A stretch of 32,000 nt of DNA, taken from NCBI GenBank assembly GCA_964577555.1, contig CAZNZM010000010.1, positions 6,796-38,795 on the forward strand, given 5' to 3'. Position numbers and translations under genes: made by a program. Source of the DNA: an uncultured archaeon (lineage in GTDB: Archaea > Iainarchaeota > Iainarchaeia > Iainarchaeales > Iainarchaeaceae). Below, one piece after another: positions 9,201 through 18,386 of this stretch. The number at the start of each line of letters is the position of its first letter. Positions within the stretch are counted from its first letter, which is position 1. Below the pieces are notes generated by a model, which made no database searches, had not been told where the DNA came from, and saw only the letters and a program-made list of their open reading frames with translations.

Positions 9201-10613
9201 ATGACGGATTTTTTCGCTTTGCTTTTTGTTTTTCTAATAATTTCTGTGGTTGTTACTTTTGCAATAAAGAAGTTAACTTTGCAAGAAACTTACTATGTAG
9301 CTTCTCTGATTAGAACAACCAAGCCAATAAAGTTTTTTTCAAGAATGGCTAGACATACAAGGTTTTTGGATTTTATTTCAACTGCAGGCCTGATACTTGG
9401 CTTTGGAACTTTTGCGATAGATTATCTTTATGGGTCAAAGCTGAGAGGTTGGAAAAGGTATTTTCTCAATTTGGCTGGCTTTTTAGTGCTTTCAGGGTTG
9501 ATGTTTTTAATAGATTTTTTTGGCGGAAATATTTTTTCAAAAAATGCCATGATGGGAAATGCATATCCTTTATTCATAGCTTCGTTTGGTTTGCTTGGTT
9601 TTGCAGGATTCACCCTTTTTGCACTTTTAATGCAAGCAATTGACATAATAATAAAATATTTTGCAGGTTCAAGAGCGTGTCCGGGTGTTGCTCCTTTGAT
9701 TCCCGGAGTTGAAGTTCCAAACGTGCCAATCACGCCGCCGCTTCATGCCTGGATTTCTTTGATAATAATATTAATAGTGCATGAAGCAATGCATGGCATT
9801 GTAGGAAGCAGACATGGTTTCAGAATAAAATCCACTGGTGTAATACTTTTTGGCTTTCTTCCGATAGGTGCTTTTGTAGAACCTGATGAAAAGGAGCTTG
9901 AAAAAGCCGAGCCAAAAAAATTGTTGCCTTTCTTGGCTGCAGGACCTGCTGCCAATCTAACACTGATGGTTATTGTCGGTTTTTTGGTCTTAGGGCTTGT
10001 TTTAATTTCAAATCCGCTTACTGATTATTTGTATCCTGGCGTGGCAGAAAAGCTTTCCAACGGGGTAAAAGTCGTAAAAGTCAATGATTCCGTGAATTTT
10101 TGTGGTTCGACATATCCTGCGACAGCAAAAGGTTTTTTGTTTGAAGGGGACATCATAAAAAAAATTGATGATGTTGAAATAAAGAGCATTCATTCAATGT
10201 TGTCCGCATTGCAAAAAAACAAGTTTGAAGAAAAAAAATTTGAAGTTGACAGAAATGGTGTTGTTGAAACTTTCAAAATAACTCCAAATTCTTTAGGACA
10301 ATTTGGATTCATGGCAGAGGCAATAAAACCAAAAGACGCTCAATTGCCAGCTGGTTTTTCAACCTATGTTTTTTTGTTTTCGTTTATAGTGGAATTTCTT
10401 TATTGGTTGTTCATTTTGAATTTGCTTGTAGCTGCAATAAACTTTTTGCCAATGAATCCTTTTGACGGAGGCAGAATAGCAGGCGTGATATTTTCACACT
10501 ATGCCACTTTTTTAAGCAAGGATGAAAATGAAAGAAAAAAGAAAGTGCAAAAATATTTGGTTTATATAATATTCTCAATTCTTTTGATTAACGCGTTGCC
10601 ATTGTTTTTCTGA
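9201..10613 (+). CDS. M50 family (site-2 protease-like) membrane metalloprotease with PDZ domain
   Basis: HEAMHGIVGSRHG (HExxH), PDZ-like segment VVKVNDSVNFCG...LFEGDIIKKIDDVEIKSIHSM, and FLPMNPFDGGRIAGVIF (NPxDGG motif). Start taken at MTDFFALL inside the track ORF 9105..10613. Confidence 0.9.
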   Translation: MTDFFALLFVFLIISVVVTFAIKKLTLQETYYVASLIRTTKPIKFFSRMARHTRFLDFISTAGLILGFGTFAIDYLYGSKLRGWKRYFLNLAGFLVLSGLMFLIDFFGGNIFSKNAMMGNAYPLFIASFGLLGFAGFTLFALLMQAIDIIIKYFAGSRACPGVAPLIPGVEVPNVPITPPLHAWISLIIILIVHEAMHGIVGSRHGFRIKSTGVILFGFLPIGAFVEPDEKELEKAEPKKLLPFLAAGPAANLTLMVIVGFLVLGLVLISNPLTDYLYPGVAEKLSNGVKVVKVNDSVNFCGSTYPATAKGFLFEGDIIKKIDDVEIKSIHSMLSALQKNKFEEKKFEVDRNGVVETFKITPNSLGQFGFMAEAIKPKDAQLPAGFSTYVFLFSFIVEFLYWLFILNLLVAAINFLPMNPFDGGRIAGVIFSHYATFLSKDENERKKKVQKYLVYIIFSILLINALPLFF

Positions 10614-10775
10614 CGCTGTTAAATACAATTTTTTTTGGACAAGACATTTTTTTTTATGATTTATGCTTTATCATTTATTTTAAATTAAAAAAATTTATTT
10701 TCAACAGATTTGAAGTCTACATGTTTTTTTTAAATAAAAATTAGTGGCGGCTTTTGAGCCGCCAAAAAATATTTT

Positions 10776-11837
10776 TTACAAGTAATCCAAGTCAACGTCT
10801 CTTTTTGATGCTTTTGATTTAGCGTCTTTGCTACTCTTTATGTATGGACTGTGTACTCCTGTAAAGATGCAAATTACTTCAATTTTGTTTTCAAATGTTG
10901 AATCAACTCTTGCACCCCAAATTACTGTTGCTCTTGGATCTATTCTTTCAGTAAGCAATTCCCCTATTTGGTTTGCTTCTCCAAGCGTCAACTCGGCTCC
11001 GCCAGTAATGTGTATTAAAGCACCTGTTGCACCGCCAATGTCAACGTCAAGCAAAGTGTTATTGAGTGCATCGTCCACAACTTCATTTACCCTGTCCACG
11101 CCTTTGCTTTCACCAACAGCTATAACTGAAAGACCTTTATTGCTCATGATTGATCTTACATCAGCGTAGTCAAGGTTTATGAGTGATGGTTGTGTTATTG
11201 TTTCGGTGATTCCTCTTACTGTTCTTGCGATTACTTCGTCTGCTACTTTGAATGCGTCTTGTATTGGCAGGTTTGGTACTAATTGGACAAGTCTGTTGTT
11301 GTCAATTACAATGACCGTGTCAGTGACTTGCTTTAGCGCTTCAAGTCCTTCTTCAGCTTTGATCATTCTTGCCCTTTCGAGAGCAAATGGATAAGTGACC
11401 ATTGCAATAACAATTGCTCCTTGCTCTTTTGCAATTTGAGCCACAATAGGAGCAGCGCCAGTTCCTGTTCCGCCACCCATTCCTGAAGAAATAAAAAGCA
11501 TGTCAACTCCTTCAAGGACTTCTTCCAATGCAGCCCTGCTTACTTCAGCAGCCTTTGCACCTATCTCAGGATATCCGCCAGCGCCAAGGCCTCTTGTAAC
11601 AGATTTTCCTATCAGTATTTTGGTTATCTCGTCGTTTATGATTGCCAAGTGTTGTTTATCAGTGTTAATGGCTACAAGTTGCGCTCCTGAAATTCCCATG
11701 CTTGCCAGCCTGTTAACTGCATTACACCCGGCTCCGCCTGCACCAATGACCATTATTTTTGGTGTGCCAAATTCCTCCAATTTATCTTCTTTTTTTTCCG
11801 ACGCCGTTGAAATGGCGCTCTCTACAACTGATTTCAT
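10776..11837 (-). CDS. ftsZ: cell division protein FtsZ
   Basis: 353 aa. VIGAGGAGCNAVNRL, tubulin signature GGGTGTGAAPIVAQIA, NLDYADVRSIMSNKG. Confidence 0.97.
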   Translation of the reverse strand: MKSVVESAISTASEKKEDKLEEFGTPKIMVIGAGGAGCNAVNRLASMGISGAQLVAINTDKQHLAIINDEITKILIGKSVTRGLGAGGYPEIGAKAAEVSRAALEEVLEGVDMLFISSGMGGGTGTGAAPIVAQIAKEQGAIVIAMVTYPFALERARMIKAEEGLEALKQVTDTVIVIDNNRLVQLVPNLPIQDAFKVADEVIARTVRGITETITQPSLINLDYADVRSIMSNKGLSVIAVGESKGVDRVNEVVDDALNNTLLDVDIGGATGALIHITGGAELTLGEANQIGELLTERIDPRATVIWGARVDSTFENKIEVICIFTGVHSPYIKSSKDAKSKASKRDVDLDYL

Positions 11838-11844
11838 GTGTGGT

Positions 11845-11857
11845 TCACCTCTCCTCC
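11845..11857 (-). promoter_or_regulatory. Shine-Dalgarno region of ftsZ
   Basis: Minus-strand GGAGGAGAGGTGA just upstream of the ATG at 11837. Confidence 0.7.
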
Positions 11858-12240
11858 AAAAGTTTTGTACAATTTTGATTTTTGATAAATGAATCTTTTT
11901 TGCTTTTGAATAAAAAAGCTTAGATTCTTGTATAAATGTTGCTGAACTCCTTTATATGCGTTTTGTTTTTGATATAAGGCACTATTAACGTTATTTTACT
12001 TCACTAAACAAAAAACACACAAAAATTTTATGTATATTATTAATTTTTTGATTAATTCATTAACTCTATACTGATAAAAGCATTAACTCATCTTTGTTTT
12101 TAAAAAAAAGTGTTAAAAAGGCTTATTTTTCTTAATAGGTTGCTTTTTTTTGGTTTTTTGTTAAGTATTTTTTCGTTTTTTGGCTAAGTTTTAGTTCAAT
12201 TTTTATTCTAAATTTGTAAAATTTAAACGCCGAATTTAAA

Positions 12241-12250
12241 TATTTATAAG
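12241..12250 (+). promoter_or_regulatory. TATA box for SRP RNA
   Basis: tatttataag lies about 26 nt upstream of the inferred 5' end at ~12267. Confidence 0.55.
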
Positions 12251-12266
12251 TTTAAATTTAGTATTT

Positions 12267-12537
12267 GTGGGCTAGTTCGGAGAGGTAGCGGCTCTCTGTT
12301 GCCGGCAACCCGCTTCAGCCGGGAACGAAGCCACTGAAGAGGCATTAACCATATATTGATGCCTTGCCAGTACTGTGAACTTCTGCTCTTAAAGACTGGC
12401 TGTTTGGGCCAACCCCGCTAGGCCTGGAAGGGAGCAACGGTAACTCATTCAGTCGGTGCTTTAAGGTAAACGGAAGCGAGGAGAGGTTAAGGGTAAACGT
12501 CTTTATGTGGTTGCTGTCCATTTGGTGGCGCGCCCAC
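12267..12537 (+). ncRNA. archaeal signal recognition particle (7S) RNA
   Basis: Helix 8 SRP54-binding core ACCCCGCTAGGCCTGGAAGGGAGCAACGG at ~12412-12440, flanked by GACTG/CAGTC pairing. Terminal gtgggc (12267-12272) pairs with gcccac (12532-12537) as helix 1. Length about 270 nt. Confidence 0.88.
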
Positions 12538-12633
12538 ACTCTTGCAAAAATTATAAAAAAAATACATTTCATTTATACATTTCATTTTTTTTTACTTGGT
12601 TTTTTTTGTAAGTTTTTTTTGTCTTGTTTTTTC

Positions 12634-13013
12634 GAGCCGTTTTTTGTCATTTTTTTGAATTCTTTTTTTTTTAATTATTTTTTTTTGCAAGTCATTTTTT
12701 TTTCAGTTGTTTTTTTTTGTGAATTTTTTTTTATTTTGTTTTAATTGTTTTGTTTTTGTTTTGGCTGGTTGTTTTTTTTTGTTTCTTTTTTTTGAGTTGT
12801 TTTTTTTAGATGTTTTTTTTTCGAGCCGTTTTTTGTCATTTTTTTGAATTCTTTTTTTTGCGAGCCAATTTTTTTTGTTTTGTTAGTCAAGTTTTGTTTT
12901 TTTTACGAGTCTTTTTTTGATAATTTTTTTTATTTTTTGATACTTGTTTTTTTTGGTGAGCCACTTTTTTGCCATTTTTCTTTTTTTTGAATTCTTTTTT
13001 TTGCGAGCCAATT
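12634..13013 (+). repeat. cluster of T-tract intergenic repeats (copies at 12634-12722, 12823-12860, 12957-13013 partial)
   Basis: gagccgttttttgtcatttttttgaattc... repeated; flanking units have cores gcgagcca, gtgagcca and gcaagtc separated by long T runs. Confidence 0.75.
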
Positions 13014-13261
13014 TTTTTTGTGAATTTGTTTTTTTTTATTTTGTTTTAATTATTTTTTTGTTTTTTTGAGGTTTGTTTTTTTGTCGGCTATTTTTTTTAT
13101 TTTTTTTGCTTATTTTCAAGTCAATTTATTTTTTTTAATTGTTTTTTTTGGCAAGCCATTTTTCGTTTTTTTGCTTGGCCAAGTTTTTTTGTCTTGTTTT
13201 TGCGAGACAATTTTTTTTGTCATTTTTTTTGAATTTTATTTATTTTTTTATGATTTGAATT

Positions 13262-13723
13262 TTATTTTTTTCTTCGGTATTGTTTTTTTATTTTTCCAGA
13301 CAATTTGCGTGATTTATTTTGCTTTTTTATGACATTTTTTTCTTTTCTTTTTTTGCTTGTTTTTTTGCCTTTATTTTTTTCACTCTTTCCAACAACCCTG
13401 TTTTTCGGTTTTTTCCACGCTTCAAGCGCAGCATCAATTTTTTTTCTTTGTTCGTTTCTTCTTTTTTCTCTTTCATCAAGCTTTGCGATCAACGAATTAT
13501 ATTTTCTGTGAACTTCTTCGCTGTGTTTTAATGCATTTTTTAAAGAAAGCTCCAAATGCCTTTCTTCCCTCTCTTTATGCAAACCATGAAAAACCCTGTG
13601 TAAAAAACCCAAAGCAACAGAATTATCCGCTTTTGTCTTTCTATATTTGGCTCTTTCTGAATGATGTTTGCTTAAACTTAAATATTTCCTAAATTTAATA
13701 TAATGCTTTTCGTGTTTTTCCAT
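13262..13723 (-). CDS. hypothetical highly basic coiled-coil protein
   Basis: 153 aa. Plausible helical N-terminal region (GFLHRVFHGLHKEREERHLELSLKNALKHSEEVHRKYNSLIAKLDEREKRR) followed by a Lys/Arg/Ser/Asn tail. Confidence 0.6.
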   Translation of the reverse strand: MEKHEKHYIKFRKYLSLSKHHSERAKYRKTKADNSVALGFLHRVFHGLHKEREERHLELSLKNALKHSEEVHRKYNSLIAKLDEREKRRNEQRKKIDAALEAWKKPKNRVVGKSEKNKGKKTSKKRKEKNVIKKQNKSRKLSGKIKKQYRRKK

Positions 13724-13752
13724 ATGTGTATAAGCAATACATTTAGTGTTAT

Positions 13753-14763
13753 TTAATTCTTTTCAACTTTGTTTTTAAGGCTTTTTTGCACAGCTTCAAT
13801 TATAAATTTTATGATGGCGGCATAAACCCCTGCAATATTTGCGGCAATAACATTAAAGTAAATTGCAAGAGTGGTTGCCACGCCAAAAGCAACCAGAACA
13901 GAATAAAAATTAGTTATAAGCTCTATTTCTTTTGACGATTTTTTAATAGTGTCATAATTTATTTTTTGTCTGATTTCATTATTGCTTTTACTCAATTCTT
14001 CCGCAATTTTTTTCTTTGTTTCAGGATTGTCAATTGAAGAGGCAGTGGCATCAATCATTGCAACGAAAGCCTTTACATCAGGATCATTTTTTTGTCTTAG
14101 ATTATTGAACTGTTCTGTATTCATTATTCCAACCATCAACATTCTCTGTATGTTTAACGCTTGATCAGCTCCCGCTAAAGCCAAGTCTTTTGAGCCAAGC
14201 ATGTTCGAAGCTGTTTTTTCAACAAGCCCGTCAAATAATTCTTTTGTATATTTTTCATTGTTAGGAAAACCAATCAATGTTAATATTAGAAAAATCCCTA
14301 TTGTAAATACTAAAAATCCTTTTTTTGCTGATTCGGTTCCAGTTCTAAAACCAATTAAGTTTTTTATTTCGGATTTTCTAAAATAACTATAACCACCAGT
14401 AATTGCAATTGCGGGGATGATCAGAAAGGACAAAAAAACGGATTTTAATTCAATTCCAAACAATAATAAGTAAACCAGCCAACCAATAAATGCCCCTAAA
14501 CAGGCGCCTACAAGCACGTCTATTTTGTCTTGGCTGTGGCTTAATCCTGAAACAAGTCCAAACGTGATTGGCATGAAGAAAGTAAATGCAATTATCCAAG
14601 GAGATAAAACTGTTTCAGGCAGTTTTTCCAAAGACTTGAAGCTCAACCAGTCTATTTCCATTACCCCTGAAAAACTCAAAAAAATAGACCATATTATAAT
14701 TGAAAATGAAATTGCTCCAGTAAAGATTAATATTTTTTTAATATCAGCCATGATTTCACTCAA
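13753..14763 (-). CDS. hypothetical multi-pass membrane protein
   Basis: 336 aa; several hydrophobic TM-like segments and a soluble helical region between the last two. Possible alternative start at MADIKK. Confidence 0.75.
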   Translation of the reverse strand: MSEIMADIKKILIFTGAISFSIIIWSIFLSFSGVMEIDWLSFKSLEKLPETVLSPWIIAFTFFMPITFGLVSGLSHSQDKIDVLVGACLGAFIGWLVYLLLFGIELKSVFLSFLIIPAIAITGGYSYFRKSEIKNLIGFRTGTESAKKGFLVFTIGIFLILTLIGFPNNEKYTKELFDGLVEKTASNMLGSKDLALAGADQALNIQRMLMVGIMNTEQFNNLRQKNDPDVKAFVAMIDATASSIDNPETKKKIAEELSKSNNEIRQKINYDTIKKSSKEIELITNFYSVLVAFGVATTLAIYFNVIAANIAGVYAAIIKFIIEAVQKSLKNKVEKN

Positions 14764-14882
14764 AACAATGTCTGATATTTTATTTAAATTTTTTACCTTT
14801 AAATTAGGATTCTGGAACCAAGCTTTTTAGAGAGTTTTATAAATCTATGGAAAACCATATTATTAATCATATTTTGATTTGA

Positions 14883-14955
14883 GCCGAGGTAGCTCAGCAG
14901 GTGGAGCGTCCGGCTGTTAACCGGAAGGTCGGTGGTTCAAATCCACCCTTCGGCG
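14883..14955 (+). tRNA. tRNA-Asn (anticodon GTT)
   Basis: GCCGAGGTAGCTCAGCAGGTGGAGCGTCCGGCTGTTAACCGGAAGGTCGGTGGTTCAAATCCACCCTTCGGCG. Cloverleaf with loop CTGTTAA. Confidence 0.95.
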
Positions 14956-14979
14956 CTTTTTTATTTGTTTCTGAATCCA

Positions 14980-15705
14980 ATTTTTTTGTCTTTTGGCTTG
15001 GTTATTCTTGGAGCCTGTTTATTTTATTTTTTTTTTGATTTTTTTGTTTTTTTTGTTTTTTTTGTCAAGTTGTTTTTTTTTATTTTTTTTATTTTGGTTT
15101 TGTTTTTTTTGTGAGCCATTTTTTTTGTGGTTTTTTTTGGTTTTTTTTGTGGGATGATTTTTTTTGTCATTATTTTTTTTTGTTTTTTTTGTGAGCCAAT
15201 TTTGTTTTTTTTTGTTTTTTTTGTCAAGTTGTTTTTTTTTAGACTTTTTTTTTATTTTTTTTTAATTATTTTTTTTAAATTGATTTTGTTTTTTTTTGTT
15301 TTATTTTATCATTTTTTTTGAATTATTTTTTTTCTTGGTTTTTTTGTTTTTTTTGGTATTGCTAGCCATTTTTTTGTCATTATTTTTTGTGAGCCATTTT
15401 TTGTTATTTTTTTTGTGATTTTATTTTTTTTATTTAAATTGTTTTGTCTTTTTTTGTGGCTTGTTTTTTTGATTTTTGTTTTTTTTGGCGAGCCGTTTTT
15501 TTTGTGGGGCAATTTTTTTTGTTATTTTTTTTGTGGACTTGTTTTATTTTTTTGTTTTTGTTGGCTTGTTTTTTTGGAGAATTTTTTTGGCAAGCCGTTT
15601 CGGACTTATTTTTTTTGCTTTGTTTTTTGCTTGTATTTTTTTCAGCATTTTTTTGAATTTGTTTGTTTTTCATTTTTTTGTTTGGCCTTTTTTTATGGTT
15701 ATTTT
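14980..15705 (+). repeat. T-rich low-complexity repeat region
   Basis: About 700 bp dominated by T runs with recurring gtgagcca (15111, 15191, 15389), ggcgagccg (15487) and gcaagccg (15590). Confidence 0.7.
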
Positions 15706-15711
15706 TTAATT

Positions 15712-16542
15712 TTATAAGGTGTCAGAATGCAGTTTTTGTTCTTTGGCTGGCTGCTTATCTGCTTGATGACTTTTGTGTTCTTTTATTTTTTTAAGAGTCT
15801 CATAATATGCGCCTATAACGTCTTTGAGTTCCATTCTTCTTTTCAAGCCCAGCCTATGAACTTCTTGAAAATACACTGTTACGAGTCTTATTGCAACTTC
15901 TTCATCGCTTAGGTTCATCCAGTTTTCCTCCATCATTTTTTTACTAATCATACTTTCTAATTTGTTTTTTTCATTATTTTCTGCTTCGTTTGTTTGTTCA
16001 GTTTTTTTTGTTTCAGGTTCACTAATAATTTCTTCCGTGTCTTTTTCTTCTATTTTGATTGGGATTTTTTTTATTATTGTTCTGGTTTTTACTACTGGGA
16101 CTTTTTTTACGATTGTTTTCGTTTTTATAACTGGGACTTTTTTTATTATTGTTCTCACGATTGTTTTTGGTTTAGCTTTCACTTTTTTTATGATTGGCTT
16201 GCCTTTTTTGTATGAAGTCCACAATCTTACTGCTTGTTTGAATGTTTTGCCAGCAATTAATTGCCTTTTCATGAATAAGTTGTACTCTGAAAGTTGCTTC
16301 TTTGATTTTTTCTTTGAAAGCTTTTCCAGATTTTCTTTTAATTTTTCCATTTCTTTTTTAAGAGAAGCCGTTTTTGCAGTAACAGACTTGACTTTTTTTT
16401 CAGCCTTCTTTTTGACAGCAAAAATTGATTTTTTAAGAGCTTTTGCCTTTTTGCTTTCAGATTTAAGGGTTTTTTTAAGTTTTTTTAATTCTTTTCTGAC
16501 TTTTTTTCCAGGGTTTTTTGATTTAGAAACCATTGTTTTCAC
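15712..16542 (-). CDS. hypothetical Lys-rich coiled-coil protein with HMG/YABBY-like motif and short tandem repeats
   Basis: 276 aa. Contains QLSEYNLFMKRQLIAGKTFKQAVRLWTSYKKGK, then tandem repeats KTIVRTIIKKVPVIKTKTIVKKVPVVKTRTIIKKIPI, then a distinct C-terminal helical region. Confidence 0.75.
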   Translation of the reverse strand: MKTMVSKSKNPGKKVRKELKKLKKTLKSESKKAKALKKSIFAVKKKAEKKVKSVTAKTASLKKEMEKLKENLEKLSKKKSKKQLSEYNLFMKRQLIAGKTFKQAVRLWTSYKKGKPIIKKVKAKPKTIVRTIIKKVPVIKTKTIVKKVPVVKTRTIIKKIPIKIEEKDTEEIISEPETKKTEQTNEAENNEKNKLESMISKKMMEENWMNLSDEEVAIRLVTVYFQEVHRLGLKRRMELKDVIGAYYETLKKIKEHKSHQADKQPAKEQKLHSDTL

Positions 16543-16611
16543 TTAATAACTATTGTTGGTTAAAGTATTTAAATGTGTTGTAAACCTTGTATTTTTATTT
16601 TTTCTTATTTT

Positions 16612-16917
16612 TTAGACCAAACCTTTGAACATTTTGAAGAATTTTTGTTTGGTGACTTTTAATTCTTTTTGTCCTTTATTGGTTAAGCTGTAAATAATCA
16701 TTTTGCCTTGCATAGTCTCCTTTATAAGCCCAGCTTCATAAAGGCTTTTCAATGCAGGGTATATTGTGCCAGGGCTTGGAAGTGAGCCTTTTCTTTCAGC
16801 AAGTTCTTTTGCAATTTTTTGCCCATGCATTGGTTTTTTGGAAACAATATAAAGAATCAAAAAAGACAACAAGCCTCTCATGTCACAACAACAATTATTT
16901 TTATCTTTGCATTTCAT
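16612..16917 (-). CDS. PadR family transcriptional regulator
   Basis: RGLLSFLILYIVSKKPMHGQKIAKELAERKGSLPSPGTIYPALKSLYEAGLIKETMQGKMIIYSLTNKGQKEL is a typical PadR winged-helix pattern. Confidence 0.88.
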   Translation of the reverse strand: MKCKDKNNCCCDMRGLLSFLILYIVSKKPMHGQKIAKELAERKGSLPSPGTIYPALKSLYEAGLIKETMQGKMIIYSLTNKGQKELKVTKQKFFKMFKGLV

Positions 16918-17007
16918 AAAATTATATTGGTTATACGATAATATTTTAATAAATTTACATAATTTTAATATCGTATATACGATTTATTTTTTTGATTGGT
17001 GATTCTC

Positions 17008-17619
17008 ATGGATTTTAAAGAAATAGTGCTGAAAAGATACGCAACAAAAAGTTTTGATGGAAGAATAATTCCTGAAGAAAAATTCAAGGAGTTGGAAGAA
17101 ATCATAAGATATTCGGCTTCTTCATATAACCTTCAACCTTGGAAATTTGTTATTGTCAAGGATAAAGAAACAAAGGAAAAACTTTTGCCTTTTGCCTGGA
17201 ATCAGCCGCAAATAACAACTTGCTCCCACTTAATCGTTATGTGTGCAGATACTGATCTTGAAAGCAAGGTAAAAAAACTTGAAGAAAAACTTGTTGAATC
17301 CGGAGTTCCAAAAGAAAAAATAGACAGCCTTATAGAAATGATCTCAGGTTTTGTAAAAAGCATGTCTAAATCACAAAGGTTGGTTTGGGCTCAAAAACAA
17401 GTTTATATAGCGTTATCAAATGCAATTAATGGTGCAAAAGAGCTTGGCTTTGATTCGTGTCCAATGGAAGGTTTTATTCCCAAGGATTTTGCCAAGATAC
17501 TTAAATTGCCAAAGCACATAGTCCCAACTGTTGTTGTGCCAGTTGGTTATGCAAACGATACGCCAAGGCCGAAAACAAGATTTTCCAGAGACGAAGTTTT
17601 TCAAGATTACAAATCTTAG
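17008..17619 (+). CDS. nitroreductase family protein (FMN-dependent)
   Basis: RYATKSFDGRIIPEEKFKELEEIIRYSASSYNLQPWKFVIVKD...GLGFDSCPMEGF-like region (ELGFDSCPMEGFIPKDFAKIL). Start taken at MDFKEI. Confidence 0.92.
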   Translation: MDFKEIVLKRYATKSFDGRIIPEEKFKELEEIIRYSASSYNLQPWKFVIVKDKETKEKLLPFAWNQPQITTCSHLIVMCADTDLESKVKKLEEKLVESGVPKEKIDSLIEMISGFVKSMSKSQRLVWAQKQVYIALSNAINGAKELGFDSCPMEGFIPKDFAKILKLPKHIVPTVVVPVGYANDTPRPKTRFSRDEVFQDYKS

Positions 17620-17710
17620 TTTTTTTAAATAGGTATTCAACCAGTTTGTTGATAATTTTTAAACGTTCAAAATATTAATTTTCAAAATCAAATAATATTT
17701 TGGGGGTTTT

Positions 17711-18217
17711 TTGGATAGAGATATAGATATAATTTACAATTTATATCGCTGCCTTATACCTGAATTTACCAAGAGTCATGCTTTAATTTATCGCTTGCTT
17801 TGGCGGATTGAACCTTTAAGCGGTGATAAAATTTCAAAGGAAACAGGCATTTGCAGGGCAAAAACTTTTGCAATTCTCAAGCAATTAGTGATTCTCGGTT
17901 TGGTGAAAAAAACAAGTTTCAAGCCGATTGGTTACTTTGCAAGAGACCCTGTAGGTGCCTATTCTTCTTTGCTAAAAAAAGTCTTGCCTAAACTTGAAGC
18001 AGGAAAAACAAAGATCAAAGAACTTGTACAGAATTCTTCCAGCCTTAGCGGAGAAGTTTATTTAATAAAACTTGATGGCGGGCAACAAACAATAATAAGT
18101 AAAGAAACCCGTGAATCTATCACTGATAGAAAAGCTTTGGAAGAAATCAGGGCTGCTATTGATAGAAAAATATTTGGCTCAAACCCGCGCGAAAAGAAAT
18201 GGGTTATTTACAGGTAA
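17711..18217 (+). CDS. TrmB family transcriptional regulator-like protein
   Basis: 168 aa. N-terminal winged-helix AKTFAILKQLVILGLVKKTSFKPIGYFARDPVGAYSSLL followed by a helical TrmB-like continuation. Confidence 0.65.
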   Translation: MDRDIDIIYNLYRCLIPEFTKSHALIYRLLWRIEPLSGDKISKETGICRAKTFAILKQLVILGLVKKTSFKPIGYFARDPVGAYSSLLKKVLPKLEAGKTKIKELVQNSSSLSGEVYLIKLDGGQQTIISKETRESITDRKALEEIRAAIDRKIFGSNPREKKWVIYR

Positions 18218-18386
18218 TCTTGATTTTTTTTGTTTAGCCGAGTTTTTTTGAATCATTTTTGTTTCTTCCGCGTGTTTTTTTTACATGTTTTTGTGATTGT
18301 TTTTTTGTAAGTTGTTTTCTTATTTTGTAATTTGCGAGCCAAGTTTTTTGGACACTTATTTTTTTATTAGTTATAATAATTTTTTT

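Noticed and set aside
10828-11892. Several + strand ORFs opposite ftsZ
   Set aside because: Antisense to a confidently identified FtsZ gene.
12345-12572. 75-aa minus ORF
   Set aside because: Overlaps the SRP RNA gene on the opposite strand; accidental ORF.
12634-13300. Possible CRISPR array
   Set aside because: The repeats differ in length and spacing, no unique uniform spacers and no cas genes in the window.
13066-13332. Phe-rich + strand ORF resembling a membrane protein
   Set aside because: Lies in the T-tract repeat region; composition explained by T runs; no domain or RBS support.
15027-15227. Lys-rich minus ORFs in T-tract block (also 15309..15512 and 15434..15673)
   Set aside because: Composed almost only of K/T/N/Q from A-rich repeats; frames shift between blocks, so they are probably non-coding.
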